Positions 14,662-25,206 of a stretch of 64,000 nucleotides of DNA are shown here, piece by piece. The first letter of the stretch is position 1; the number at the start of each line of letters is the position of its first letter. The position numbers and the translations under genes are program-made. This DNA comes from an uncultured Gemmatimonadales bacterium. GTDB lineage: Bacteria; Gemmatimonadota; Gemmatimonadetes; Longimicrobiales; Longimicrobiaceae. The stretch covers positions 32,001 through 96,000 of the forward strand of contig OY970303.1 of NCBI GenBank assembly GCA_963716255.1. Direction: 5' to 3'. Below the pieces are notes generated by a model. The model did not search any database and was not told the origin of the DNA. It worked only from the letters and a program-made list of their open reading frames with translations.

Positions 14662-16053
14662 CTACAGCAGCAGCCGGCTCGCCAGCCCCAGCAGCAGGAA
14701 GAAGCCGCACATGTCCGTGAACGTGGTCACGAAGATGGAAGACGCCACGGCCGGATCCACGCCCATGCGCTCCAGCACGGTGGGGACGAAGGCGCCGGCG
14801 AAGCCGCCCACGGCGAGGTTGAGCCACATGGCCAGGAGCACGACCACGGCCAGCATGGGAGGACCCCCGGTGACCACGGAAAGGGCGTAGGCGGCGCCGG
14901 CCGCGACGATGCCGGTGGCGAGGCCGTTGGTGGCGCCCACCAGCAGCTCCTTGCCCACCACGCTCCAGCGCTGCTCTTGCACCTCGTCCGAGAGCGCCAG
15001 CCGGCGCACGGTCACGGCGAGCGCCTGGGTGCCGGTGTTGCCGCCCATCCCGGCGATCACCGGCATGCACACGGCCAGCAGGGCGACCCGGCCGACGACG
15101 TCCTCGAACGCGTAGACCACCGAGGCGGCGGCGAAGGCCGTGACCAGGTTGATGAAGAGCCAGGGGAGACGGGAGCGTACGGCATCCCACCAGCCGCCCC
15201 GGATCTCTTCCTCCTGGGGCACGCCGCCGAACTTGAGGATGTCCTCCGTGGTCTCCGCCTCGATGACGTCGATGACGTCGTCGAAGGTGACGACGCCCAG
15301 CAGGTGCCCGCGGTGGTCCACCACCGGCACGGCGGGGAGGTTGTAGCGGGCGAGCACGCGCCCCACCTCCTCCTGGTCGGTCTCCGGCAGGACGCTGGCG
15401 ACCACTTCCTCCACCAGGTCCACCACGCGCGCGCCCGGCCGCGCGATCACCAGGGCCTGCAGGGGGACGGTCCCGAGCAGCCGGTTGCCGTGATCCACCA
15501 CGAAGATGGTGTAGAAGTCCCCGATCTCCTGCCCCTGCCGCCGCACCTCCTCGATGGCCTCCGCGGCGCTCAACGCCTCGCGGACCGCGACCAGCTCGGT
15601 GGTCATCAGGCCGCCGGCGGACTCCTCGTCGTACTCCAGCAGCTGGCGGATGTCGCCCGCGTCCTCCAGCGACAGGGCGCTGAGGACGCGGTCCTGTTCC
15701 TCCGGGTCCAGCTCGCCGATCATGTCGGCGGCGTCGTCGTCGGAAAGCTCCGCGAGCACCGCGGCCATCTGCTCCGGCTGCAGCCCCGCCAGCGAGTCCT
15801 CGGGGTGCTCCTCCCACTCCATCTCGGACAGCGCCTCGGCGGCGAGCGCCGGGTCCTCGGCCCCCAGCACCCCCACCACGCGGGCGCGGTCCTCCTCGTC
15901 CAGCGCCTCCAGCAGGTCCGCGACGTCGGGGCCGTGGAAATCGGAAAGGAACGCGCCGAGCGCCGCGTCGTCCCCCGCGGCGATCAGCTCGTGCAGCCGG
16001 TCGAGCGGGTCCACCGGGGACGGCGGCGCGGGCGACGGCGTGGCGGCGCTCAC
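14662..16053 (-). CDS. mgtE: Magnesium transporter MgtE
   Basis: Acidic N-domain, CBS pair (ESAGGLMT), RLPWL, GMGGNTGTQ, VDPAVAS..VTTFTD; GTG start overlaps the ybeY stop. Confidence 0.95.
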   Translation of the reverse strand: MSAATPSPAPPSPVDPLDRLHELIAAGDDAALGAFLSDFHGPDVADLLEALDEEDRARVVGVLGAEDPALAAEALSEMEWEEHPEDSLAGLQPEQMAAVLAELSDDDAADMIGELDPEEQDRVLSALSLEDAGDIRQLLEYDEESAGGLMTTELVAVREALSAAEAIEEVRRQGQEIGDFYTIFVVDHGNRLLGTVPLQALVIARPGARVVDLVEEVVASVLPETDQEEVGRVLARYNLPAVPVVDHRGHLLGVVTFDDVIDVIEAETTEDILKFGGVPQEEEIRGGWWDAVRSRLPWLFINLVTAFAAASVVYAFEDVVGRVALLAVCMPVIAGMGGNTGTQALAVTVRRLALSDEVQEQRWSVVGKELLVGATNGLATGIVAAGAAYALSVVTGGPPMLAVVVLLAMWLNLAVGGFAGAFVPTVLERMGVDPAVASSIFVTTFTDMCGFFLLLGLASRLLL

Positions 16054-16502
16054 CCGCGCACGTCCGCGGCCGGGAGCGTGGCCAGGATCTCCTCCTGGCG
16101 GCGGAACATCGCGGACTCCAGCCGCTCCTCGCCCTCGGGGTGGTCCCACCCCAGCACATGCAGGGTGCCGTGTACCGCGAGGCGCAGCAATTCCTCGCGC
16201 GGGTCCACCCCCAGCTCCGCCGCCTGCCGGAGCGCCTGGTCCACCCCCACGTACACGTCGCCCAGCGGCGCCTCGTCCTCGCCGTGCAGCGCGAAGGAGA
16301 TCACGTCGGTGGGGCGGTCGTGGTCCAGGTACTCGCGGTTCAGCGAGGTGATGCCGGCGTCGTCCAGGAACGCCACGGACAGCTCGGCGGCCTCGTGGCC
16401 CTCGGCGCGCAGCGTCGCGCGGACCGCGCGCTCCACGGCCTCTTCCGGGAGCGGGAGGGCGACGCCCTGGCCCAGGCTCACCTCGACCTCGATGGAACCC
16501 AT
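16050..16502 (-). CDS. ybeY: rRNA maturation endoribonuclease YbeY
   Basis: LNREY..PTDVISF, LGDVY, HGTLHVLGWDH. Confidence 0.95.
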   Translation of the reverse strand: MGSIEVEVSLGQGVALPLPEEAVERAVRATLRAEGHEAAELSVAFLDDAGITSLNREYLDHDRPTDVISFALHGEDEAPLGDVYVGVDQALRQAAELGVDPREELLRLAVHGTLHVLGWDHPEGEERLESAMFRRQEEILATLPAADVRG

Positions 16503-16510
16503 GGGCGGCC

Positions 16511-18775
16511 TCAGGCGCGGGTGGGGGCGGGCTCCGCCGCCGGCGCGGCCGCGTCCTCGGCGGCCGGGGGGGCGGCGGGGTAGTCGATGCGGTGGTGGTA
16601 CATCCCCGCCAGCACGCGGGCGAGCTGCTCCTTGACCACCTGCACGTCGCGCAGCGTCAGCGGCGAGTCGTCCAGCTGCCCGCTTGCGATCTTGGAGGTC
16701 ACGATGCGCTCCACCATCTCGCGCAGGCGCTCCGGCGAGGGATCGGGGAGCACGTGGGCGGCGGACTCCACGGAGTCGGCCAGCATCAGCACCGCGGTCT
16801 CGCGGGTGCGCGGCCGGGGGCCCAGGTAGGTGAAGTCCTGGGGGTTCACCGGGCCGTCCGGGTCGGCCTGCCGCGCCCGGTCGTAGAAGAAGGAGATCTT
16901 CTGCGTCCCGTGGTGCTCGCGGATGAACGCCCTGACCGCGGGGGGGAGCCTCGCCTCGTCCGCCAGCCGCAGCCCTTCCACGACGTGGCTCCGCACGATG
17001 GCCGCGCTCATGGCGGGCTTGAGCTTGTCGTGCGGGTTGCGGTCCCGGGGCTGGTTCTCGATGAAGTACTGCGGCTTCGCGACCTTGCCGACGTCGTGGT
17101 AGTACGCCCCCACCCGCCCCAGCAGGGCGTTGGCCCCGATGGCGTGGCACGCGGCCTCCACCAGGTTGGCGACGTTGATGGTGTGGTGGAAGGTGCCGTT
17201 GGCGTCGCGCTGGAGCCGCCGCAGCAGCGGCCGGTTGGTGTCCGACAGTTCCAGCAGCATGGCGTCGGTGGTGACGCGCGCGAACGACTCCAGCAGCGGC
17301 AGGAAGCCGATGGCGACCACCGACGAGAGCACCGCGCTGGCCACCCCCCAGGCCACGTCGTGCAGGATCTCGGGCGCGGGGCGGGAGCGCAGCAGACCCA
17401 GCGACACGGCGCAGAGCGCGTACGCCAGGGCGATGATGACCACGAACAGCCAGGTCTGCGAGCGGCGCTGCGCCGCGCGCACGCTGAACGCCGCCGCCGC
17501 GCCGGTTACCGCCGCCGTGAAGGGGACGCTGACCCCCAGGAAGGGGGTCTGTCCGCCCAGCAGGAGCGCCAGGATCAGCGCCACGGAAAGCCCCAGGCGC
17601 CCGCCCCAGAGCGTGGCGACCACCAGCACCGCGAAGGTGACCGGGATCAGCTCCTGGGGAAGCGCCGCCCAGCTCGCCAGCGCCGCGGTCCCCGCCACCG
17701 TGGTCACCAGCACGCCCAGCAGGAAGAGCGAGCGCAGGTCGTCGTACAGCGGCCGGCGCGAGAAGCGGAGCAGCAGCCCCAGGATGCCCAGCACCGAGGC
17801 GTTGAAGAGGATCGCGCCCAGCGCCCGCGGCACCGTGTCCTCGCCGCGCTCGTCCAGCCCCCGCTCGGCGAGGGCGTCGTGGTACGCGCGCAGGCGGGCC
17901 TCCTCGCGCTCGCCCACCTGCTCGCGGGCGCCCACGATCTTCTCGCCGCGGAGCACGTTGGCCGCCACCGGCTCCACGGCCGCGCGGGCCCGGGCGCGGG
18001 CGGCCTCGGTCTCGCGCTCGTTGAAGGTGAGGCTGGGCTGGAAGTAGCGGATGAGGAGGAGGCGCTGCAGCTCCGCGGCGTCGGCGCCGAGCCCGGCGGG
18101 GAGCCGTGACGACGCGAGGCGACGGAACTGGTCGGGGGTGACGATGGAGTCCACCGGGACGATGCGCTCCCCGCCCACCGCGCCGCGCACCCGCACGGCG
18201 GAGATCCCCTCGCGCTCCAGCGCGGTGGACGCCACCCCGAGCGGGAGGAGCGCCCGCACGGCGGCCGCGGTGGCGTCCCGCAGGCGGGCGCGCCGCTCCG
18301 GGTCCAGCAGCAGTTCCACCGAGCCCGGCGTGGCCCCCACCCGGCTGCCGCGCAGCGCCCCCTGCGCCGCCGCGGCGGGATCGGCGCCGGGAGCGGGAAT
18401 CGCCACCGCGGCGAAGAACGCGCCGATCCCCGCCAGCACACTGTCCGCGGCGGCGGGGCGGTAGTCGTACACGGGGGGGACGCTGCGGGCCGCCTCCTCC
18501 TGCTCGCGGCGCAGGTCGGCGGGGTCCTTGGGAACCTGGAAGGCGAACTCGGCGACCACGTCCGCGGGCGCGACCATCCCCCGCTCCAGCGCCGCCGACT
18601 CGGAGACCCGCGCCGGGGGGAAGAACAGGTAGACCGCCGCCGCCACCGAGAAGAGCAGGAGGACGCGGAGGCCGTCGTGCACGAAGCGGAGGGCGCGCCG
18701 CGGCTCCGGCGCCGGGCGGGGCGCGGGCGCGGCCCGGCGGCCCGCCCCGGCCGCCCGCGCCCGCTCCGGGCTCAT
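16511..18775 (-). CDS. 7TM-HD family phosphohydrolase (PgpH-like cyclic-di-AMP phosphodiesterase)
   Basis: N-terminal TM, extracellular domain, multi-TM block, GTFHH, YYHDVGK, YFIENQ, HHGT, MLADSVE; phoH-ybeY context. Confidence 0.9.
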   Translation of the reverse strand: MSPERARAAGAGRRAAPAPRPAPEPRRALRFVHDGLRVLLLFSVAAAVYLFFPPARVSESAALERGMVAPADVVAEFAFQVPKDPADLRREQEEAARSVPPVYDYRPAAADSVLAGIGAFFAAVAIPAPGADPAAAAQGALRGSRVGATPGSVELLLDPERRARLRDATAAAVRALLPLGVASTALEREGISAVRVRGAVGGERIVPVDSIVTPDQFRRLASSRLPAGLGADAAELQRLLLIRYFQPSLTFNERETEAARARARAAVEPVAANVLRGEKIVGAREQVGEREEARLRAYHDALAERGLDERGEDTVPRALGAILFNASVLGILGLLLRFSRRPLYDDLRSLFLLGVLVTTVAGTAALASWAALPQELIPVTFAVLVVATLWGGRLGLSVALILALLLGGQTPFLGVSVPFTAAVTGAAAAFSVRAAQRRSQTWLFVVIIALAYALCAVSLGLLRSRPAPEILHDVAWGVASAVLSSVVAIGFLPLLESFARVTTDAMLLELSDTNRPLLRRLQRDANGTFHHTINVANLVEAACHAIGANALLGRVGAYYHDVGKVAKPQYFIENQPRDRNPHDKLKPAMSAAIVRSHVVEGLRLADEARLPPAVRAFIREHHGTQKISFFYDRARQADPDGPVNPQDFTYLGPRPRTRETAVLMLADSVESAAHVLPDPSPERLREMVERIVTSKIASGQLDDSPLTLRDVQVVKEQLARVLAGMYHHRIDYPAAPPAAEDAAAPAAEPAPTRA

Positions 18776-19770
18776 CCTGCGCCCTGCTCCGCGTCCGCGT
18801 CCTGCCCCGCGTCGGCGGCGTAGGCACGGATGATCTCGCGCACTAGGCGGTGCCGGATCACGTCGGTGGGCTTCATGTAGACGAAGGAGATCCCCTCGAT
18901 CCCCTTGAGGATCCGCTCGATCTGCAGCAGCCCGGAATCGTCGCGCCGCGGCAGGTCCACCTGCGTGGGGTCGCCCGTGATCACCGCCTTGGAGTTCAGC
19001 CCCAGGCGGGTGAGGAACATCTTCATCTGCAGGCCGGTGGCGTTCTGCGCCTCGTCCAGGATCACGAAGGCGTCCTGGAGGGTGCGGCCGCGCATGTACG
19101 CCAGCGGGGCGATCTCGATGGTCCGCGACTCCATGGCCCGCTTCAGCCGGTCGGCGGGCATCATGTCCTCCAGCGCGTCGTACAGCGGCCGGAGGTACGG
19201 GTCCACCTTGTCCTGCAGGTCGCCGGGGAGGAAGCCCAGGTTCTCGCCGGCCTCCACCGCGGGGCGCGCCAGGATGATGCGCTTGACGCGCTTCTTGGCG
19301 AGCGCGTCCACCGCCATCGCCATGGCCAGGTAGGTCTTCCCGGTGCCGGCGGGGCCCACGCCCACCACGATGTCGTTGTCGGCGATCGCCTCCAGGTAGT
19401 CGCGCTGCCCGGCGGACTTGGGGCTGATGGTCTTGCGCGCCCCGGGGATGACGATGCGGCCGCCCTCGCCCAGGCGCGCCGCGCCCCCGGCCGCGTGGGT
19501 GGCCTCGTCCCAGAAGCGCTCCACGTCGTCCTGCCCGAAGGGCTGGCCGCCGCGGGCGAGCTCGATCATGTGCTGCGCCACCGGGACGGCGCGCTCCACC
19601 TCGTCCACCCCGCCGGACAGGAGGAGGTGGTCGCCCCGCAGCACCACGCGGACGCCGGCGAGGCGCCCCAGCTCGGTGAGGTGGGCGTCGTTGATTCCCC
19701 CGACGGTGAGGGGGTCGGCTCCCTCGGTGGAGAGCCGGTGCTGGACCGTCTGGACTTCCGTGTTCGCCAT
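18772..19770 (-). CDS. phoH: PhoH-like ATPase
   Basis: [33 protein letters not shown]. Confidence 0.95.
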   Translation of the reverse strand: MANTEVQTVQHRLSTEGADPLTVGGINDAHLTELGRLAGVRVVLRGDHLLLSGGVDEVERAVPVAQHMIELARGGQPFGQDDVERFWDEATHAAGGAARLGEGGRIVIPGARKTISPKSAGQRDYLEAIADNDIVVGVGPAGTGKTYLAMAMAVDALAKKRVKRIILARPAVEAGENLGFLPGDLQDKVDPYLRPLYDALEDMMPADRLKRAMESRTIEIAPLAYMRGRTLQDAFVILDEAQNATGLQMKMFLTRLGLNSKAVITGDPTQVDLPRRDDSGLLQIERILKGIEGISFVYMKPTDVIRHRLVREIIRAYAADAGQDADAEQGAG

Positions 19771-19803
19771 GATGAGACCGGTGCGACGCCGGCGAGGCGA
19801 CCG

Positions 19804-21696
19804 TCAGGCGGTCTCCCCTCCCAGCGTACGGATGTGCAGTTCCCTGAGCTCCCCGTCGGCCACCGCCACCGGGGCGCCCTCGAACAGGGCCCGGGTGGAT
19901 GCGGTCTTGGGGAACGCGATGACGTCGCGCAGGCTGCCCGCCCGCGCCAGGAGCATGACCATGCGGTCGAAGCCGAAGGCGAACCCCGCGTGGGGCGGGG
20001 CCCCGTAGCGGAACGCCTCCAGCAGGAAGCCGAACTTGGTGCGCGCCTCCTCGTCCCCGATCCCCACCGCCCGGAAGATGCGGCGCTGGAGCTCGGGGTC
20101 GTGGATGCGGACCGATCCGCTGGCCAGCTCGTTCCCGTTGTACACCGCATCGTACGCCCGGGATCGTACCGGGAGCGTGAACAGGCGCCGCGCGGCCTCC
20201 GCGGCGAGCGGCCCCTCCCCCGCCGTCGCCTCCATGAGCGCGGGGATGTCGTCGGGGTGCGGCATGGTGAAGGGGTGGTGCGCGGCGACCAGGCGCCCCG
20301 CGTCCTCGTCCCAGTCGAACGCCGGGAACTCCGTCACCCAGAGCCACGCGTGCCGGTCCGCGTCCACCAGCTCCATCCTGCGGGCCAGGTGGCGGCGCAG
20401 CTCGTCCAGCGCCGGCTCCAGCCCGGCCGCCGCCGGGGCGGCGGCGCCCTCGCCGCCCGCGCGGACCACCCGGAAGTCTCCCACCACGGCGACGAACAGG
20501 TCGCCCGCCTCCATTCCCGTCGCCGCGTAGAACGCCTGCGCCTCGCCCTCGCCGAGCGCCTTTGCGAACTGCCCGGCCAGCCCCTCCTCCGTGCGCTTCA
20601 CCCACAGGGCGCCCGCGGCCCCACCGCGCTTCGCCACCTCCTGCAGCTCGTCCGTCTCCCTGCGGGAAAGGCGCGCGCCGCCGGGAACGCGGATGCCGCG
20701 GATGCGCTGCGCCGTCCCCCGCGTGGCCTCGAACAGGCGGAACCCGGTGCCCTGAAGCACCTCCGTCACGTCCACGACGGCCAGGTCGAAGCGCAGGTCC
20801 GGCTTGTCGGTGCCGTAGAGCTCCATCGCCTCGGCGTAGCTCAGGCGCGGAAAGGGCGTCGCCAGCTCCACCCCCAGCACCTCGCGCCACACCGCCGCCA
20901 TCATCCCCTCGCCCACGCGGAACACGTCCTCCTCGTCCACGAAGGACATCTCGGCGTCGATCTGCGTGAACTCCAGCTGCCGGTCGGCGCGCAGGTCCTC
21001 GTCGCGCAGGCAGCGGGCGATCTGGAAGTAGCGGTCGAAGCCGCTCACCATCAGCAGCTGCTTGTACAGCTGCGGCGACTGCGGCAGCGCGAAGAACTCG
21101 CCCGGGTACGCGCGCGACGGAACGAGGAAGTCCCGCGCGCCCTCCGGGGTGGGCTTGGTGAGGAGCGGCGTCTCCACCTCCAGGAAGCCCTGCCCCGACA
21201 GGAAGCTGCGAACCGTCTGCGCGGCCCGGCTGCGGAGCATCAGGTTGTGCTGCAGCGCGGGGCGGCGCAGGTCCAGGTAGCGGTGCCTCAGCCGCTGCTC
21301 CTCGGCGGGGAGCTCCTCGTCGGCGGCGTAGTCCACCTGGATGGGGAGCGGCTCGGCCACGGTGACCACGCGCAGCACGGCCCCCCGCACCTCCACCTGG
21401 CCGCTGGGGAGCTGCGGGTTCTCGCGGATGCGACGCTCCACCGTGCCCTCCACCTGCACCACCGACTCGGGCTTGAGGTCGCGCGCGGCGGCCAGCACGT
21501 CGGCGGGGGTCCAGGAGGGGTCGAACGACACCTGCACGATCCCCGCGCGGTCGCGCAGGTCCAGGAACGCCACGCCCCCCAGGTCGCGGATGCGGTGCAC
21601 CCACCCCGCGAGGCGGACGGGGGTCCCGGCGTGTTCGGCGCGCAGCTCCCCGGCGGGGAGGTCGCGGAAGGCGGTGCGGAGCGGGCTCTCGGTCAT
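19804..21696 (-). CDS. aspS: Aspartate--tRNA ligase
   Basis: GWVHRIRDLG, PEGARDF, LPQSPQ, RDEDLRADRQ, HHPFT, GAPPH, IAFPKT. Confidence 0.97.
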   Translation of the reverse strand: MTESPLRTAFRDLPAGELRAEHAGTPVRLAGWVHRIRDLGGVAFLDLRDRAGIVQVSFDPSWTPADVLAAARDLKPESVVQVEGTVERRIRENPQLPSGQVEVRGAVLRVVTVAEPLPIQVDYAADEELPAEEQRLRHRYLDLRRPALQHNLMLRSRAAQTVRSFLSGQGFLEVETPLLTKPTPEGARDFLVPSRAYPGEFFALPQSPQLYKQLLMVSGFDRYFQIARCLRDEDLRADRQLEFTQIDAEMSFVDEEDVFRVGEGMMAAVWREVLGVELATPFPRLSYAEAMELYGTDKPDLRFDLAVVDVTEVLQGTGFRLFEATRGTAQRIRGIRVPGGARLSRRETDELQEVAKRGGAAGALWVKRTEEGLAGQFAKALGEGEAQAFYAATGMEAGDLFVAVVGDFRVVRAGGEGAAAPAAAGLEPALDELRRHLARRMELVDADRHAWLWVTEFPAFDWDEDAGRLVAAHHPFTMPHPDDIPALMEATAGEGPLAAEAARRLFTLPVRSRAYDAVYNGNELASGSVRIHDPELQRRIFRAVGIGDEEARTKFGFLLEAFRYGAPPHAGFAFGFDRMVMLLARAGSLRDVIAFPKTASTRALFEGAPVAVADGELRELHIRTLGGETA

Positions 21697-22073
21697 CGGT
21701 CCGTGCCGGCCATGGCGGGGGTGCGTCCCCGGAGCCAGGCCCGAAGGCGTGCATAAACAAAGGTGCCGGCCAGGACGCCGAGCGCGTCGGCGGCCCAGTC
21801 GGCGGGATCGGCGGAGCGTCCGGGGACGAACGCCTGGTGAAGCTCGTCGGAAAAGGCGTACGCCCACCCCGCCGCCACGGTTCCGCGCCGCCCCGGCCCC
21901 GTCGCGGCGGCGCCGTGCGCCACCAGGAAGCCCAGGAGCGCGTACGCGCAGAAGTGGAGCACCTTGTCCGCGCTCCAGAAGGAGGGAATGCCGACGGAGT
22001 GCCGGGAGCTCACCGCGAAGATCGCGGCGGCCCAGGCGGCCGCCGGGGCCCACGCCAGCGCCCCGCGGCTCAC
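21693..22073 (-). CDS. VanZ-like membrane protein
   Basis: DKVLHF..Y, DELHQAFVPGRS..D..AD. Confidence 0.88.
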   Translation of the reverse strand: MSRGALAWAPAAAWAAAIFAVSSRHSVGIPSFWSADKVLHFCAYALLGFLVAHGAAATGPGRRGTVAAGWAYAFSDELHQAFVPGRSADPADWAADALGVLAGTFVYARLRAWLRGRTPAMAGTDR

Positions 22074-22528
22074 GACTGCTCCGCTTCGGTCAGCACCTGG
22101 TGGAACTCCTCGGGCGAGGCCACCTCGGCCAGGCGGCGGCGGAAGGCGTCGCTGCGCACCAGGCGCGAGATGCGGGAAAGCGCCTTGACGTGGTCGCCCG
22201 CGGCGCTCTCCGGCCCCACCAGCAGGAAGAACAGGCTCACCGGCCGCCCGTCCAGCGCCTCGAAGTCCACCGGCTCGCGCGTGACCCCGGCCGCCATGGC
22301 CAGCGACGTCACCTGGGCGGACTTGCCGTGCGGGATGGCGACGCCGTTGCCGATCCCCGTGCTGAGCACCGCCTCGCGCTCGCGCACTGCGCGCAGCACC
22401 TCGGACGCGTCCCCCACCTCGCCGGCGGCGTGGAGCACCTCCACCAGCTCGCGGAGGAGGTCGTCCTTGGTGGCCCCCGCCAGCGGGATGCGGACCCGCC
22501 CGGGCGGGAGAAGCTCGGAAAGCAGCAC
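22070..22528 (-). CDS. PTS EIIA domain protein (PtsN-like)
   Basis: REAVLSTGIGNGVAIPH, DFEALDGRPV, HVKALSRISRL. Confidence 0.92.
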   Translation of the reverse strand: MLLSELLPPGRVRIPLAGATKDDLLRELVEVLHAAGEVGDASEVLRAVREREAVLSTGIGNGVAIPHGKSAQVTSLAMAAGVTREPVDFEALDGRPVSLFFLLVGPESAAGDHVKALSRISRLVRSDAFRRRLAEVASPEEFHQVLTEAEQS

Positions 22529-22752
22529 GGAAAGCCTCGGTCTCCCCAGGTCCGGAAACGGACAGCGCGGGAGGACGATCCCCCCGCGGGCGCAAGGGTT
22601 GCAAAGGTAACGCCACGCCTGGCGCGCATCAAGCGAGCGCGCGGCGTTTTCCGGGGGAACCCGGGCCCCGCTGCGGGGCATAAAGGCGGACGTATCAGGG
22701 CCGGGCGGACGGGGACGCTTCCCTCCCGCCGCATTCGCAGAACAGGTGCACG

Positions 22753-23895
22753 ATGAGCGCTTCCGAGACCAAGACCGACCTGGTGGGCCTCCTCCCCGAG
22801 GAAGCCGAGGCCGCCCTCGCCCTGCACTTCGCCCGCCGCGGGCAGCCGCGCTACCGGGCAAAGCAGGTGGTGGGCTGGCTGTACGAGCGGCTCGCCTTCG
22901 GCTTCGAGGAGATGAGCGACCTGCCGAAAGCGGAGCGCGACGCGCTGGCGGAGGCCTTCGACTTCACCGCCCCGGAGGTCGCCAAGCTTTCCCGCTCCAC
23001 GGACGGGACCGCGAAGCAGCTGTGGCGGCTGCGGGACGGCGAGCTGATCGAGTCCGTGCTGATCCCCACCTCCACCCGGCTGACGCTGTGCATCTCCTCG
23101 CAGGCGGGGTGCGCCATGGCGTGCTCCTTCTGCGCCACGGGGTGGTCCGGCTACCGGCGGCAGCTCAGCGCGGCGGAGGTGGTGGCGCAGTTCCGCGGCG
23201 CGCGCGCCTGGGCCCGCGACAACGGCTACGACGAGATCACCAACGTCGTCTACATGGGGATGGGCGAGCCGCTGATGAACCGCAGGGCGGTCTTCCCCTC
23301 GCTCGCCATCCTCAACCGCGGCTACGGGCTGGGGGCGCGGCGCATCACCGTGTCCACCGTGGGCGTGGTCCCGGGGATCCTGGAGATGGCGGACATGCCC
23401 GAGCAGTACCGGCTTGCCGTGTCGCTGCACGCCCCCAGCCACGAGCTGCGCCAGAAGCTGATCCCGCTGGAAAAGAAGCACCCGCTCCCCGAGCTGCTGG
23501 ACTCGCTGCGCCGCTTCGACGAGGCCGGGGGAAAGCGGATCACCTTCGAGTACGTGATGATCGACGGGGTCACGGATGCGCCGGAGATGGCCGACGAGCT
23601 GGCGGGGCTGGTGAGCGAGTTCAACGCCTTCGTCAACCTGATCCCCTTCAACCCCATCCCCGGGACCGACTGGAAGCCCAGCTCCCGCGGCCGGCTCAAC
23701 CTGTTCGTGGAGCGGCTGGGGAACCGCGGGATCTCGGCGGCGGTGCGGGAGTCGCGCGGGCGGGACATCGCGGCGGCGTGCGGGCAGCTGCGCGCCGAGG
23801 CCACGGAGGGGCGGAAGCCGGTGCAGATCACGCCGGGATCGACGCTCAAGGCGCGGCCCGGGCGGGAGGCGGCGGCGTCGGTTGAAGCGGACTGA
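22753..23895 (+). CDS. rlmN: 23S rRNA/tRNA radical-SAM methyltransferase RlmN
   Basis: CISSQAGCAMACSFC, MGMGEP, SLHA, NLIPFN, DIAAACGQL. Confidence 0.96.
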   Translation: MSASETKTDLVGLLPEEAEAALALHFARRGQPRYRAKQVVGWLYERLAFGFEEMSDLPKAERDALAEAFDFTAPEVAKLSRSTDGTAKQLWRLRDGELIESVLIPTSTRLTLCISSQAGCAMACSFCATGWSGYRRQLSAAEVVAQFRGARAWARDNGYDEITNVVYMGMGEPLMNRRAVFPSLAILNRGYGLGARRITVSTVGVVPGILEMADMPEQYRLAVSLHAPSHELRQKLIPLEKKHPLPELLDSLRRFDEAGGKRITFEYVMIDGVTDAPEMADELAGLVSEFNAFVNLIPFNPIPGTDWKPSSRGRLNLFVERLGNRGISAAVRESRGRDIAAACGQLRAEATEGRKPVQITPGSTLKARPGREAAASVEAD

Positions 23896-23904
23896 ACGGA
23901 AGGG

Positions 23905-24036
23905 TTCGGGCGTGCCCCCGGCTGGCGCCGGGGTCGGGCTTCGGCTCCGTAACGCAAGAAACAACCGTGCGTAACGGAGTCGAGCCCGCGCAAACAGCCG
24001 CGCGGTCTCGCCCCTTCGGGCCGAAATCCCTCACGC
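23905..24036 (+). repeat. Intergenic repeat family B, copy 2
   Basis: Nearly identical to the reverse complement of 44402-44533. Confidence 0.9.
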
Positions 24037-24062
24037 GGGTTCTCGGCGTGGGCCGAAAGACC

Positions 24063-24094
24063 AGAGGCGGCCTCCCGGGTGGGGGGCCGCCTCT
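24063..24094. terminator. Hairpin between convergent genes
   Basis: AGAGGCGGCC...GGCCGCCTCT. Confidence 0.55.
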
Positions 24095-24123
24095 CTCGCT
24101 TCTCGCTCCCGGCCGAGCGGTCG

Positions 24124-24603
24124 TCAGGGCGCCGTCGTCGTGTCCGGCGCGCTCTCCGCCGTTTCCGGCGCGCCCTTCCAGTCCCTGCCCACCACCACCG
24201 TCACCTCCAGCAGCAGCGTGGAGTCCGGCCGGCTCCGCACGCGGTCCACATCCAGCGCGTCGGCGACCTCGCGGGCGGTCTCCTCCCGGCCCACGCGGTC
24301 GATCACCAGCGTCGTCTCCGGCGAGAAGCCGCGCGCGTTGCCGAAGTACACCACGTCGAAGCCGCGCTCGCGGAGCGTTCGCGTCGCCACCCGCGCCAGC
24401 CCGGGGATCCCGGCCGCGTTCAGCACCTCCACCCGCACCCGCTCGCCGGGAGGCGCCTTCGCCGCGGGGAGGTCCGGGACCTCCTCCGGCGCGGAGGGGG
24501 CATCGCCGCCGCTTCCGGAGCCCAGGCCCAGCGCCATGGAGGCCACCAGCCCCGCCACCAGCAGCAGGGTCGCGGCGAGCGCCGCCGTCTGCACGCGCTT
24601 CAT
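24124..24603 (-). CDS. LytR C-terminal domain protein, membrane-anchored
   Basis: TM followed by VRVEVLNAAGIPGLA...GF..GNA...VTVVVGRDW. Confidence 0.88.
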   Translation of the reverse strand: MKRVQTAALAATLLLVAGLVASMALGLGSGSGGDAPSAPEEVPDLPAAKAPPGERVRVEVLNAAGIPGLARVATRTLRERGFDVVYFGNARGFSPETTLVIDRVGREETAREVADALDVDRVRSRPDSTLLLEVTVVVGRDWKGAPETAESAPDTTTAP

Positions 24604-25206
24604 CTACCGTCCCCCCACCGCGGCGCTCCAGAAGGCCGCCGTCTCCGGGCTCACGGGCCTGCGGCGGTCCACCAGGTTGCGGATGCGCGCGCCCAGCACC
24701 TCCACCAGCACCTCGTCCATCTCCGCGGGCATGCGGGCGGCCAGCGACGCCCGCCACTCCTGCTCGAAGTCGCGCCCCGGCTCCAGGAAGTCCGCGAGGT
24801 ACAGCGCCTTCCCCAGGCGCCCGAAGCCCGCCCACCCCAGCGTGTGGTAGCGCAGCGCGTCGCACAGCTCCGGGTCCGCCACGCCCGCCAGGCGCTCCGC
24901 CACGGCGGGCCCGTGCAGGATCGCGCCCGGGAGCGAGCGGAAGCGCTCCGGCACCGCGGCGCGCAGCCGCTCCGGGTCCGCCTCGCGCAGCGCGTCGTGC
25001 AGCCACCCGGCCGCCACCCAGCGGTCGCGCTCGGCGGGGTCCCGCCCCGCCGCCTCCGCCCACTCCGCGAGCAGGGCGCTCACGCGGGCGATGTGCGCGC
25101 GCCGGCGCGCGCCGGCCTCGGCCCACGCCGGGAGCTCGCCGGCCGCGGCGGCGCGCACCACCTCCGGGAGGTCGCGGGCCGGGTCAGTCGTAGCCGCGTC
25201 GGACAT
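24604..25206 (-). CDS. YqeK-like HD-domain hydrolase (Ap4A hydrolase family)
   Basis: RRAHIARV, AGWLHD, LHGP, YHTLG, LYLADFLEPGR. Confidence 0.85.
   Translation of the reverse strand: MSDAATTDPARDLPEVVRAAAAGELPAWAEAGARRRAHIARVSALLAEWAEAAGRDPAERDRWVAAGWLHDALREADPERLRAAVPERFRSLPGAILHGPAVAERLAGVADPELCDALRYHTLGWAGFGRLGKALYLADFLEPGRDFEQEWRASLAARMPAEMDEVLVEVLGARIRNLVDRRRPVSPETAAFWSAAVGGR

Noticed and set aside
12616..16635. Long ORFs such as 12616..16635, 18850..21756, 40229..43051, 48577..51306 and 50..1351
   Set aside because: These are antisense or off-frame shadows of real genes, expected at this GC content. They are Arg/Gly/Pro-rich with no recognisable motifs.
16511..21760. 1749-aa giant protein
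   Set aside because: Only 16511-18775 has real-protein character. The upstream part overlaps phoH and aspS out of frame.
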